A stretch of DNA of 64,000 bases from a virus. The first letter of the stretch is position 1; the number at the start of each line of letters is the position of its first letter. This document shows positions 19,704 to 29,207 of this stretch, one piece after another. Location of the stretch: the IMG/VR virus record IMGVR_UViG_3300037044_000228, positions 1 through 64,000 of that record; one strand, written 5' to 3'. The notes under the pieces were generated by a model. It was not told the origin of the DNA, searched no databases, and worked only from the letters and a program-made list of their open reading frames with translations. A program made the position numbers and the translations under genes.

Positions 19704-20284
19704 TGAAGGTCGATCCCAAACCACGTCTGCCCTCCCGCCTGACAGCGGCAGAGTACCGCGCGATCCACGGGCTTGGTCCTGTGGCGTCGGTGAAGTCCGC
19801 GACACAGGCGCCGGCAGGGGGCGCAGCGCCGGGCAAGCCAGCGGGCAAGGCGAAGGCCAAGTCGCGCGCGCTCCCGATCGACCAGCAAGAGCATGCGATC
19901 CAGGTGCGCGTGGTCACGTTTCTGCGCGAGGCGTTGCCGCCGGCGATCGCATGGAGCGCGTTTCCCAACGGCGGTTTCCGTCACCCGCGCACCGCGCGGA
20001 CACTGGCCGAGGAAGGGGTGGTCAGCGGGCCGCTGGATCTCGTCTTCGTCGTGCCGTCGTCTGTCGTGGCGCATGGCTTCACGGGCTGGATCGAGATGAA
20101 GACGATCTACGGCGTGATGTCGGACACCCAAAAGGATTGGGCGGCGACCGTCGACCAGACGCGGGACGGGCGCTGGGCGCTGGCGCGGTCGGTCGAGGAC
20201 GTCGAGCGCATCCTGATCGGTTGGGGAATCACGCTGCGCGTCCACACTTCGGCGGACGTCGCGATCTCACAGGGAGGGGTGTGA
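19703..20284 (+). CDS. VRR-NUC / PD-(D/E)xK nuclease
   Basis: EHAIQ...PNGG...GVVSGPLDL...WIEMKT...SDTQKDW...ARSVEDV. Confidence 0.8.
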   Translation: MKVDPKPRLPSRLTAAEYRAIHGLGPVASVKSATQAPAGGAAPGKPAGKAKAKSRALPIDQQEHAIQVRVVTFLREALPPAIAWSAFPNGGFRHPRTARTLAEEGVVSGPLDLVFVVPSSVVAHGFTGWIEMKTIYGVMSDTQKDWAATVDQTRDGRWALARSVEDVERILIGWGITLRVHTSADVAISQGGV

Positions 20285-20506
20285 AGAGGCCAAAAAGGTG
20301 CGGGGCGGAGCCACCACAGCCACCGCCCCGCGATTTACCGCCGATTGTTCGCCACCACAGCGAAGGCTCCAAATAGTCAGGAACCCATCTACGATGACAC
20401 TGCATATAGTCGATCCGCACCGGGCATGCAAGACGCCCGTGCGCCCTTCGTTCCCCGCTGACACACCGGCTTACCCACAGGTTGAACCCTTCGGGCGGGT
20501 GGCGCC

Positions 20507-22012
20507 ATGAACTTCGCTGGCAAGCCTCCCGTACCCGCCGGCGCGGGTCCCGAAGGCGGTCCGTTCGCGGCGCTTCCGGCCGCGCCGCACAACCTCGAAG
20601 CAGAGCAGGCGCTGCTCGGCGCGATCCTGTTCGACAACCAGATGTTCTTCCGTCTGCCCGAAATGCAGGGGCGGCAGTTCTACGATCCGGTGCACGGTCG
20701 CATCTTCGACGTGATGGCAGGCCGCATCCGAGCGGGAAAGCTCGCTGACGGCCTGACCATGCGCGAGTGGTTCGCGACCGAAGGCGGCGGCCTGGCCGAG
20801 ATCGGCGGCGCGGGATACCTGCTCGTACTGATGGAGAACGCGGCGCGGTTGACGTCGCAGGCGAAAGACTACGCCGACCTCATTATCGATCTGTGCGTGC
20901 GTCGCGACGTTATCGCGGTGCTGCGTGATGGCGAGCAACTCGTGACCGAAGGCGACGCCGACGGCATGTTGTCGGCGCCCGAGATCCTCGCGCAGATCGA
21001 AGCGGACCTGCGCGCCATCGACACGGGCGACGCGACCGGCGGCAAGACCCTGGCCGAAGCAGGCGCATCGCTGATCGTCGAACTCGAGAACCCAAAGCGC
21101 GGCTTGAAGACCGGCCTGAAAAAGATCGACAAGCGCATCGGCGGTCTGTTCCCGCAGGACCTCATCATCATCGCGGGACGTCCCGGCATGGGGAAGTCCC
21201 TTCTCGCGGCCAACATCGCGCGCAACGTGGCGCGCGACCATCTCATCAACGACGAGATCGTGAAGGGCGCCAAGGTGCACTTCGCGTCTTACGAGATGAG
21301 CGCGGAATCACTCGCAGCGCGGTCGCTGTCTGACCACGCCTATCGCAGCGGCGGCGATGCGTTCGCCTATTCGGAGCTCCGGCAGGACCCCGAAAAGCGC
21401 ACGATCGATCTCGACCGGTTGCGGCGTCTGCAGGCGGGCTTGTCGAAGAACCTCATAATCGACGATTGCGCGGCGCAGACCATCGGCAAACTCGACGCGT
21501 CCGTGCGGCGCACGCGCCGGCGCCTTGGCGGGCTTGATCTCGTCATCGTCGATTACCTGCAGCTGATGGCGGCGATCTCGCGCGGCGGGCGCGTGGAGCA
21601 GATTACCGAGATCTCGCAGGGCTTGAAGGCCATGGCGAAGCGTCTCGATATCCCGGTCATCGCGCTGTCGCAGTTGAGCCGCGCGGTGGAAAGCCGCGAC
21701 GACAAGCGTCCCATTCTCGCGGACCTGCGTGAATCCGGGTCGATCGAACAAGACGCCGATATCGTCATGTTCTGCTACCGCGAGGCCTACTACCTCAAGC
21801 AGCAAGAACCCCAGATGGAGACGACCAAGCCGCGCGACGGCATGTCGAAAGAGACGACCTACAACATCGACCACAGCGAGTGGTTTGACCGGTTACACAA
21901 GGTCGACTGGCAGATGGAAATCGGCGCCGCGAAGGTGCGTTCCGGCGAGACCGGCAGCGACATCATCAAGGCGATCATGAAATACGACGTCGCCGAGGAC
22001 TGGCCGGAATGA
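20507..22012 (+). CDS. dnaB: replicative DNA helicase, DnaB family (phage copy)
   Basis: PHNLEAEQALLG, GRPGMGKS, IVDYLQLM, LSQLSRAVESR, DLRESGSIEQDAD. Confidence 0.95.
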   Translation: MNFAGKPPVPAGAGPEGGPFAALPAAPHNLEAEQALLGAILFDNQMFFRLPEMQGRQFYDPVHGRIFDVMAGRIRAGKLADGLTMREWFATEGGGLAEIGGAGYLLVLMENAARLTSQAKDYADLIIDLCVRRDVIAVLRDGEQLVTEGDADGMLSAPEILAQIEADLRAIDTGDATGGKTLAEAGASLIVELENPKRGLKTGLKKIDKRIGGLFPQDLIIIAGRPGMGKSLLAANIARNVARDHLINDEIVKGAKVHFASYEMSAESLAARSLSDHAYRSGGDAFAYSELRQDPEKRTIDLDRLRRLQAGLSKNLIIDDCAAQTIGKLDASVRRTRRRLGGLDLVIVDYLQLMAAISRGGRVEQITEISQGLKAMAKRLDIPVIALSQLSRAVESRDDKRPILADLRESGSIEQDADIVMFCYREAYYLKQQEPQMETTKPRDGMSKETTYNIDHSEWFDRLHKVDWQMEIGAAKVRSGETGSDIIKAIMKYDVAEDWPE

Positions 22013-22315
22013 TGCGGGCCGTTCACTTGCGCGATCTTCTTTCGCCTCGCGTGCGCGATTCCGTGCGCGCTGGGAGTGGCGCCAGAACAGGCGCCGAACA
22101 CGCGCAGCACGATCGCCGGCGCGTCCCAAGTCTTGCGCGGTGGCGGATGATCTTCGTCCGTTATCGCGTCCCACGGCGCTTGTGGACCGGGCGGGCGCGG
22201 ATGCGACGACGACGATCACCACGACCTTGAGCCGACCGATGCTTTCAACTTCCACCATCAACGCCACCATCAACGCCACCACCACCACCACCACCGCCGC
22301 CGGAGCCACCACGCC

Positions 22316-22585
22316 ATGAGTTTGCAGGCCGTCGCCTTCGCCCTTGATTTCCCGCCCGATGATCCGCTCGCCAAGCTGGTGCTGATCGGGCTTGCCGAAT
22401 ACGCCGACCCGTCGGGTGTCGCTGACATCGACGAAGCGTATCTGCGCGCGTTCTCCGGTCTCGATGCGACCGGTCTCGATCGCGCCTTCGCACATCTGCG
22501 CCAGTGCGGCGTCGTGCGTGGCGGCGCGTCCACCGTGACCATCGTCGGCGTGATCGACGAAACACCGGTGGGAGCAGCGGCATGA
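22316..22585 (+). CDS. small winged-helix protein
   Basis: AKLVLIGLAEYAD, HTH_36-like. Confidence 0.55.
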   Translation: MSLQAVAFALDFPPDDPLAKLVLIGLAEYADPSGVADIDEAYLRAFSGLDATGLDRAFAHLRQCGVVRGGASTVTIVGVIDETPVGAAA

Positions 22586-23730
22586 GCGTGAAGGCAAACG
22601 CGTGGGCCAAGGCCCAGGTCGACCTTGCGTGCGCCCCGTACCGGGTGCTTGGCGCGCTCGCCGACCACATCAACAAGGATCACCAGTTCTGCTGGCCCCG
22701 CATCGAGACGCTCGCGATCGCGACTGGCAAGAGCGAACGCACCGTCAAGGCCGCGATCCGCGATCTGCAGGACCGCGGGCTCGTGCTCGTGGCGCCGGGA
22801 CCGGGCGCGGGCCGTGGCAAGGGGCGCGGCGCGTCACGCTACTACCTCGCCTGCTGCCCCAAGACCGGCGGCGCGCGTGCGCTTCCCGAGATCGCGGCGG
22901 CGCGCGCCGCAAGCCGTCGCCTGCCCGCGAAGGGCATGGCGGAAAACGGGGCCGATCTTGGCTTTACAGAGTGCGATCCGCTGCACCCTGTAACGGGCGA
23001 TCCGGCGCTTACAGGGTGCAATCCCGCGTCGTTACAGGGTGCGAAATCGGGCGCCCCCCTTATAGAAGAACCGGAAAGTGAACCGGAAAGAGAGAATCCT
23101 GACGGATTCTCTCTCACCCCTCCGGCTCCTGCGGACCCGGTCGGGGCGACCGATCGTTCGAAGGGATCTTCGGGTTCGGGAACCATCACCGGCGCCGACG
23201 TCGCGGCGGCGATCGAAGCCTACAGCGCCGCCGCTGCGTGGTCGGGCTGGACGGTCGCCAAGGGCCCGCACTCGAAGACCCGCCTCGCGGCGGTCAAGGC
23301 CCGCCTGCGCGACGTCGGGGTGGAGGGATGGGCGGCGCAGATCGCGCTCGCTGCCCGCCAGCCCCATCTCGGCGGCGACAACCTGCGCGGATGGCGCATG
23401 GCGCTCGACTGGTTCGTGACGTCCGGCAACTGGACGAAGGTCGCCGAAGGCCAGTACCTGCCGCCCGACTCGCGCAACGTGGCTTCGCCGGTCGCGCCTC
23501 TCGAAGACTACTCGACCGAGGCTGGACTCGCGAAGCTCTTCACCGTGGGCCACAAGGTCACGCCCGCGACGCCGCACGCGTTTGCGTGCCGCTACCGCTG
23601 GATGGTCGGCTCGTGGCCGAAAGAGTTCGAGGACAAGGCGTTTCTCGACACGATCCCGAAGGCGATGGTGCGCGCACTCAACGCGGCGTTGCGCATCAAG
23701 GAACAATCCAAGGGCGGACCCGCGCGATGA
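22582..23730 (+). CDS. phage replication initiator (N-terminal wHTH)
   Basis: CWPRIETLAIATGKSERTVKAAIRDL; C-terminal WRMALDWF...KVAEGQY; contains internal iterons. Confidence 0.8.
   Translation: MSVKANAWAKAQVDLACAPYRVLGALADHINKDHQFCWPRIETLAIATGKSERTVKAAIRDLQDRGLVLVAPGPGAGRGKGRGASRYYLACCPKTGGARALPEIAAARAASRRLPAKGMAENGADLGFTECDPLHPVTGDPALTGCNPASLQGAKSGAPLIEEPESEPERENPDGFSLTPPAPADPVGATDRSKGSSGSGTITGADVAAAIEAYSAAAAWSGWTVAKGPHSKTRLAAVKARLRDVGVEGWAAQIALAARQPHLGGDNLRGWRMALDWFVTSGNWTKVAEGQYLPPDSRNVASPVAPLEDYSTEAGLAKLFTVGHKVTPATPHAFACRYRWMVGSWPKEFEDKAFLDTIPKAMVRALNAALRIKEQSKGGPAR
22964..23116. repeat. iterons of the putative phage replication origin
   Basis: TTACAG(A/G)GTGC at 22964, 23009, 23032 and inverted at 22983-22993, then GAACCGGAAAG x2 and an AGAGAGAATCC/GGATTCTCTCT hairpin. 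Confidence 0.7.
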
Positions 23731-24164
23731 GCAGTGCACGCCACCCGCCAACCGGCCACCAGATCGAAGCGCTCACGCACGGCCTGCCGGGCTTGCGTAG
23801 CGGGCACACGCGCACATCTGGCGAACGCACCGTGACGGTGAACGCGGCCGTCTCCCCCGCCATGCGCGACGAGCTCATGGCAGCGTGCCGCGCCGAAGGG
23901 TCGTCGTTCAACCGCGTGTTCGCGCGCATCATGCTCGCGTTCACGATCGCGCTGCGCAATGGCAAGACTCCATCGCAGATCATCGTCGCGATCGACCGCG
24001 CGATCTCGGTCGCTGGCGCGCCGGATCTCGTGCGCGATGATGGACCCGCGGCGGACATCGACCGCGCGCCAGGCGCAGCGTCGACCGATGGAACCGGCGA
24101 CACAAGACGGGCAGGGCATACATGCCCGGAGTTAATTGAGCATACGGAAACCCGACGCGCCTGA
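23727..24164 (+). CDS. ribbon-helix-helix (Arc-like) protein
   Basis: TVTVNAAVSPAMRDELMAACRAEGSSFNRVF. Confidence 0.5.
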   Translation: MSSARHPPTGHQIEALTHGLPGLRSGHTRTSGERTVTVNAAVSPAMRDELMAACRAEGSSFNRVFARIMLAFTIALRNGKTPSQIIVAIDRAISVAGAPDLVRDDGPAADIDRAPGAASTDGTGDTRRAGHTCPELIEHTETRRA

Positions 24165-24179
24165 GTGTGGTGATCCGCC

Positions 24180-25019
24180 ATGACCACCACACGCAAGCGC
24201 CCCTCAACCAAGCATGTGCTGCCGCCGCTTGCGGTGGCGACGGGCGCCTTGCTCAAGGCCTTCTTCGGCGGCGCGCCGGGCCAGATCTTTTCGAAAAAGA
24301 AGGGCTCGCCGAAACACGCGTTCTTCCGGCAGTGGGCGATCTACGCCATCCACGTCGAAGGCAATATCGACGAAGCCGGCACCGCCGAGATCATGCAGCG
24401 CGACCGGTCCACCGTGCGCTATGCGGCGCGCGCGTTCGAGGATGCGCGCGAAGATCCCGATATCGACGAAGCGCTGCGCGAGTTTGGTTCGGCGCTCGTC
24501 AAGCTATCGGTGATGTCGACGGCGTTCTCTGCAGCGACCGTCGACTTTGGCGATGCGACCGGTCGGCGCGACTGGATTCGCGGGCTCAAGGCGGCAGGCA
24601 AGGCGTTGCGCACGTTGAGCGAAGCGCCGCCCGAGGAAGTGCGCGCGCGGGGTCTCGATCCCAAAGAGGTCGAAGCGCTGCTCGAAAACGCGCAGATCAA
24701 GAAGCTGCTCAAGGGCGTGCGCTTCGCGCCACCGGAGTCGGCCGACGATCTCACGCCCTGGATCGAAGCGGGCAAGGTCGAGGATGGGCGGCGCACGCTG
24801 CGCATCGTCAACGTCATGGCGCGCGTGAAGGCTGACGTGCTGGCGGCGGGCAAGGCGGCGCTGATGTCCGCAGGCATGCGCATCGTCTTCGCCGACGTCA
24901 TGCGCGGCCCCGGCGGGCGCAACGTCGTTCTGTTCAAGGTGGCAAATGTAGGGGCTGAAAACACCGCCACTCCCAAGATGTCGGCACTGCCGCATAAATC
25001 TGATCCCAAGGGCCGCTGA
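24180..25019 (+). CDS. protein with DnaA domain IV-like HTH
   Basis: RQWAIYAIH...IMQRDRSTVRYAARAFEDARED resembles the Bac_DnaA_C signature. Confidence 0.65.
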   Translation: MTTTRKRPSTKHVLPPLAVATGALLKAFFGGAPGQIFSKKKGSPKHAFFRQWAIYAIHVEGNIDEAGTAEIMQRDRSTVRYAARAFEDAREDPDIDEALREFGSALVKLSVMSTAFSAATVDFGDATGRRDWIRGLKAAGKALRTLSEAPPEEVRARGLDPKEVEALLENAQIKKLLKGVRFAPPESADDLTPWIEAGKVEDGRRTLRIVNVMARVKADVLAAGKAALMSAGMRIVFADVMRGPGGRNVVLFKVANVGAENTATPKMSALPHKSDPKGR

Positions 25020-25020
25020 A

Positions 25021-25629
25021 ATGCGGACGCTGGAGCGGGACATGACCGGCATCGACCCGAACTTGGTCACCATCTTTGCGGTGTTCGTGACTTGGGGCCT
25101 CACCCGTATGGACAAGGGCAGCGACAAGCTGAGCGCGTCGCAAAACGCGATCGGCGCGCTGACGACAAAGGTCGACGGTCTGCATGACCAGCTGACTGTC
25201 GCACTTGCCGACACCAAGAAAATCTCCGGCATCGAGCAGCGGGTCGAGACACTCGAGACGGCGAACAAGGAAAACACCGCGACGTCCAAGGCGGTTGGCG
25301 CGCTCGAGGCGGAAGTGAAACACATTCGCGAGCAGATGGATCGCATCGCCGAGAACATGACAGCGGCAGTCGATCGCGTGTCGACCCAACTGGCGGACTT
25401 CGTGAAGATGACGTTCGCCGCTGCCCAAGCCGCAGCGGCGAACCCGAACAACAATTCGCCCTTCGCGACCGTGTTCGCCGGCGTAACTCCGGCGCCGCCG
25501 CCGCAGCCAGCGGCCGCGAAACGCGCGCCGCGCGCGGCGAATGCGAAGCCCAAGCCGAAGCCCGCGCCCCAGAGTGTGCGCGGGAGCGCGCCGTCGAAGG
25601 CGCCCAAGCCCGCAGCGCGCGGGCGCTGA
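25021..25629 (+). CDS. membrane-anchored coiled-coil protein
   Basis: N-terminal TM, heptad-rich middle, Pro/Lys tail. Confidence 0.6.
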   Translation: MRTLERDMTGIDPNLVTIFAVFVTWGLTRMDKGSDKLSASQNAIGALTTKVDGLHDQLTVALADTKKISGIEQRVETLETANKENTATSKAVGALEAEVKHIREQMDRIAENMTAAVDRVSTQLADFVKMTFAAAQAAAANPNNNSPFATVFAGVTPAPPPQPAAAKRAPRAANAKPKPKPAPQSVRGSAPSKAPKPAARGR

Positions 25630-25635
25630 CGCACC

Positions 25636-25884
25636 ATGACCAAGCGCAAACACCCCTTCAATCCGACAGCGGAGCGCCGTGAAGACGAGCTTCTGCTCGA
25701 CGGGCTTCACTGCTATGACAACGAAGGCTGGTCGGCCGACGACGTCGCCAAGGCGCTCGGCAAGACCCGGTCATGGTGGATCGGTCGCCTGCGCCGGATC
25801 CATGAGGATCTCGCCGTCTCCGAAGGCTTACCGAAGCACGCGTATCGCCGGCGCGCGGAACCTACACTCCAAGGCGCCCACTAG
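25636..25884 (+). CDS. GcrA N-terminal HTH-like protein
   Basis: EGWSADDVAKALGKTRSWWIGRLRRI versus GcrA EGxSASQIAxxLGxTRNAVIGKxxRL. Confidence 0.55.
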   Translation: MTKRKHPFNPTAERREDELLLDGLHCYDNEGWSADDVAKALGKTRSWWIGRLRRIHEDLAVSEGLPKHAYRRRAEPTLQGAH

Positions 25885-25885
25885 C

Positions 25886-26602
25886 ATGGCGCGCCAGCGG
25901 TCATCATCATCGCCGCGGGGTCGTCGCATGCCGACCGATCCTGCCGTCGCTGCAGCAGCGCGGCGCGCCGAGCAACGCGCAGCCGAAAGCGATCCCGCGC
26001 GCTGGGGTGAAGCGCCCGCAACCGCGACCGATCTCAAGCGCATGTCTTCGACCGGCGTGCGCTATCGTCTCGATCAACGCGGGCGCGTGGCGAGCGCGGT
26101 GCGGTCGGACGTCTTCGGTCGCTTGGCGGACAAGGGCGCACTCACCATTCCCGAGGCGCAGGCGATCCGACGTCTCGAGGAAGACTTCGCACTGCGCGCG
26201 CGCATCGGCGCGAAATCCTATTCCGTCGAACAGGTGGATCGCAGCGATGGTTCTGCAGCGGTTGGCGTAACCGATGGCATGATCGACGCCGGCGATCGCG
26301 TTGTCGAGGCGTTGAGCACGGTGGGCCCGTTGTTCGCGCGTCTGCTTGTCGAACTTCTCGAGCGCCCCCTTCTCTCGGGGAAGGCCATCGAATGGCGCGA
26401 GATCGTCGCCAGCGTGAGCGGCGAGACGCGCAAAGAGGGGCAGTCTTGCGTCGTGCGCATGGCGGCGAAGTCGCTCGCCGAAGTGTACGACACGATCGAC
26501 CATCGCGAGCGCCAGAGGAAGCGGCGCGGCGTTGGCGTACAGCATGATCTCGCGGCCAAACCGCAACACGTCGAAGGCGAGCGCGTGCGACTGCGCGCCT
26601 GA
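25886..26602 (+). CDS. putative late-gene regulator (DUF6456/antiterminator-like)
   Basis: LADKGALTIPEAQAIRRLEEDF...VVRMAAKSLAEVY; Q-like position after replication genes. Confidence 0.5.
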   Translation: MARQRSSSSPRGRRMPTDPAVAAAARRAEQRAAESDPARWGEAPATATDLKRMSSTGVRYRLDQRGRVASAVRSDVFGRLADKGALTIPEAQAIRRLEEDFALRARIGAKSYSVEQVDRSDGSAAVGVTDGMIDAGDRVVEALSTVGPLFARLLVELLERPLLSGKAIEWREIVASVSGETRKEGQSCVVRMAAKSLAEVYDTIDHRERQRKRRGVGVQHDLAAKPQHVEGERVRLRA

Positions 26603-26643
26603 GCGCGCTGGATCTACACACTGACCGGCACACGGAGACCAAC

Positions 26644-26919
26644 ATGCACACCGCGACTGCTCTTGCCGAACTTCCCCCGCGCGCGCCGTCGAACGGTCGA
26701 GGCCTCGCGCTAGCGCCGCGCCCGCCGGCGGCGCGCACGTTCACGATCGAAGCGACACCGGACGGATGGGTGCGCGTGCAACTCGCGGTGCGCGGCCAGG
26801 TGCTCAAGGCGGCGCGTGCCCTGACCATGTTCGGCGTTTCGCTGTCGGTGCCGGAGATGTCGGCGCGCCTGATCGGCGAGCTTGAGCAGCAGGCGCGCGA
26901 CGGCGGCTTGCTCGACTAG
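26644..26919 (+). CDS. hypothetical protein
   Basis: GGAG RBS. Confidence 0.5.
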   Translation: MHTATALAELPPRAPSNGRGLALAPRPPAARTFTIEATPDGWVRVQLAVRGQVLKAARALTMFGVSLSVPEMSARLIGELEQQARDGGLLD

Positions 26920-26978
26920 CGGCGTCGCACAAGCCGCAAACCCCAACACCACAAGCCAGAAAACCAAGGGAGAAGAGC

Positions 26979-27257
26979 ATGCACCCCACCGAGATCGATC
27001 ACGCACTCGACCGCGGCATGGTGCGGGCCATCGCGTCTTATGTCGCCGGCGCAGCAATGTGCGCGGTGCTCGTCGGATGGTGCGCGACGCTCTTCGAATA
27101 TGACGGCGCGCGCACCGGCATGCTTGCGTTTCTGGTGTGCGGCATCGGCGGCGGTACAGCGTTCATCGCGGGCTACGGCCGCGCCGCGCGTGAAATCGGC
27201 AGGGCGGCGCAATCGTTCACGCGCGTTAACCGCTCGTCCACCAATCGCTCTGCATAA
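26979..27257 (+). CDS. small two-TM membrane protein
   Basis: Two hydrophobic helices, GGGAG RBS. Confidence 0.55.
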   Translation: MHPTEIDHALDRGMVRAIASYVAGAAMCAVLVGWCATLFEYDGARTGMLAFLVCGIGGGTAFIAGYGRAAREIGRAAQSFTRVNRSSTNRSA

Positions 27258-27295
27258 AGGCATCATGCGCAGCGTGCGACCGGGGCCGGAGGCCT
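27219..27295 (+). repeat. 77-bp element, copy 1 (copy 2 at 48773-48848); putative promoter
   Basis: Shared blocks ACGCGCGTTAACC, TCGTCCACCA, CTGCATAA, GGCATCATGCGCAGCGTGCGAC, GGGGC, AGGCCT. Confidence 0.85.
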
Positions 27296-27356
27296 TCTCG
27301 GAGCGCCAAACAACCGACGCGACGCGCGCGCCACAAGCACTATTCCAATCCTAAAG

Positions 27357-27446
27357 GGCCGGTCTGATACTCCTCGCGAGGGACTCAGCACGCTAGGCGG
27401 ATGACGGCGCTTCGGCGCCGAGCATAGCAGATACGCTCTGCCGGCC
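27357..27446 (+). ncRNA. candidate structured, tRNA-like RNA
   Basis: Closing stem GGCCGG/CCGGCC; internal CTGA/TCAG arm, CGGCGC-TTCG-GCGCCG tetraloop hairpin, GCAGA/TCTGC arm. Confidence 0.4.
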
Positions 27447-27594
27447 AACAGCACTCCCGACCATCCGGTCCAGCGCGGGCGCCCATGGCGCCGGACCCCA
27501 TGAGAGTGCTCGCGTGAGCGTCGGCGTTCGCGTCGTGCCCGCGCACCCCCAAGGCCTTGTCGGGCGGCTGCGGGGACCATTTCAGGGGGCGGCG

Positions 27595-28014
27595 ATGGAC
27601 GCGACGGCGCGCATGAACACGCGTCCGCGTCCTGTCGCGCGCGACATCGATGGCCGCGCGCTCTACACCAACGATCTGCCGACCGACCCGATGCGGCGAC
27701 GCGCGTGCAACTTCGCAATCGACGGCGTCGCATGCGCGGTGACGCCCACCGGCGCGCTCATCACCATCCAGGATCTCCCGGCGCCGGGCGCCGATGTGCG
27801 CTGGGTGGCGCGGCGCAAGCTCTGGCTGCTCACGGCGATCGGCGCAGGGCTGATCGGCGAGCGCGAGGCGTGCCGTCGCTACGCCCTCTCGAGCGAAGAG
27901 ATCGACCTGTGGCGCGCTGACGTCGACCGCGCGGGCAAGGCGGGCCTTGGACAGCGCAGCTGGCTTGCCGCGCGGCGAGAGCAGCAGGCCGCTGACAAGG
28001 GTCCGGCGCGTTAA
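27595..28014 (+). CDS. SciP-like CtrA inhibitor (DUF1153)
   Basis: DLPAPGADVRWVARRK...GLIGEREACRRYALSSEEIDLW. Confidence 0.85.
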   Translation: MDATARMNTRPRPVARDIDGRALYTNDLPTDPMRRRACNFAIDGVACAVTPTGALITIQDLPAPGADVRWVARRKLWLLTAIGAGLIGEREACRRYALSSEEIDLWRADVDRAGKAGLGQRSWLAARREQQAADKGPAR

Positions 28015-28069
28015 CTTCCCTCCATTGTTTCACGGCAAACGAGCAAGCGTGCTCGATCGGGAGCCTTCC

Positions 28070-28474
28070 ATGCAACGCCAGATCTACGGCTACACGCTGC
28101 CCGACACGCCCGCCGAGGGGTATGTGGGCTATCTCATGGCGTTCCAGGACGAAGAGACGGTCGAGGTCGTCATCCGTCCCGACGGCGAGCCGATGGGGCG
28201 CGAGACCGCGATCCGGATCCCCGCTGCAGCGGCGCAGCGCATCGCCCGGGCGATCATGGCGGTCTATCCCGAGGCGCGCGCCGAGCCGGTGAGCGCGACC
28301 GACGCCGCGTTCAAGCCCAGCGACACGCCGCTTGCGGGCGCGACGCCCTTCCTGCCGCCGCAGCTGACGCCCGGCGCGCTGCGTGTGGCGATCGATCTTG
28401 GGCGCGGTCCCGTGCTGGTGTCGATACCCCCGATGACGCCCCCGGTGACGCCTTCTGCGGCGAACGTGCGGTGA
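28070..28474 (+). CDS. hypothetical protein
   Basis: MQRQIYGYT with GGAG RBS. Confidence 0.55.
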   Translation: MQRQIYGYTLPDTPAEGYVGYLMAFQDEETVEVVIRPDGEPMGRETAIRIPAAAAQRIARAIMAVYPEARAEPVSATDAAFKPSDTPLAGATPFLPPQLTPGALRVAIDLGRGPVLVSIPPMTPPVTPSAANVR

Positions 28475-29190
28475 GCAGCGTGCGCGTCCTGCGCCATGGG
28501 GCCGAGCGCGAGCCGGTGCTGGTGATCGACGGGGCGATTCCCTACGCCGATGAAGCGATCGGCCAGGCGACCCGCGCGACCTTCCGACCGATCGGCGCGC
28601 ACTTTCCGGGCGTGCGGTGCGAGGTTCCGGCCGCGACGACCGATCTGATGGTCGCGGTGATGGGCGATGCGATCGCGCAGACGTTCAGCCTGCCCCGCCG
28701 ACCGACCGTCATCGAGGCGTTCTATTCGCTCATCACCACACCGCCGGGAGATCTCGAGCCTGTGCAGCGCGCGCCGCACGCCGACAGCACGGACCCAGAC
28801 TACATCGCCATGATCGTCTATCTGTCACGCGGCCAGCATGGCGGTACGTCGTTTTACCGCCACCGCCCGACCGGCGTGGAGACCGTGCGCGAGGCGAACG
28901 GCCCGCGCTACTATCGACAGCTGCGCAAGGGCATGAAGGCGCATGTGGCGGCGACCAGCGGCTACATTTGCGGCGACGGGCCCATCTTCGAGCGCATCGC
29001 GCAGCACGGCTTCGTCTTCAACCGCGCGATCGTCTATCGCGGCCGCTGCCTGCACAGCGCGGACATGGCGCCGGGCGCGTGCCTCTCGTCCGACCCCGCC
29101 AAGGGCCGGCTCACGCTCACCGCGTTCCTGCGTCCCGAACCTGCTGATCGTGCGCGTGCAGATCGCAGCGCCGACCGCGCGCACGCCTGA
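28471..29190 (+). CDS. DUF6445 / 2OG-Fe(II) oxygenase-like protein
   Basis: QRAPHAD (HxD), GGTSFYRHRPTG, FNRAIVYRGRCLHS, GRLTLTAF. Confidence 0.75.
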   Translation: MSSVRVLRHGAEREPVLVIDGAIPYADEAIGQATRATFRPIGAHFPGVRCEVPAATTDLMVAVMGDAIAQTFSLPRRPTVIEAFYSLITTPPGDLEPVQRAPHADSTDPDYIAMIVYLSRGQHGGTSFYRHRPTGVETVREANGPRYYRQLRKGMKAHVAATSGYICGDGPIFERIAQHGFVFNRAIVYRGRCLHSADMAPGACLSSDPAKGRLTLTAFLRPEPADRARADRSADRAHA

Positions 29191-29207
29191 CACCGACCGG
29201 AGGCCCC

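Noticed and set aside
25021-27257. Holin or lysis cassette (TM proteins at 25021 and 26979)
   Set aside because: No endolysin or spanin adjacent; function not supportable.
27357-27446. HDV-like or hammerhead ribozyme (GGCCGG start, CTCCTCG, CTGAT)
   Set aside because: Could not build the P1/P3 nested pseudoknot or the CUGAUGA...GAAA core; kept only as a generic structured RNA.
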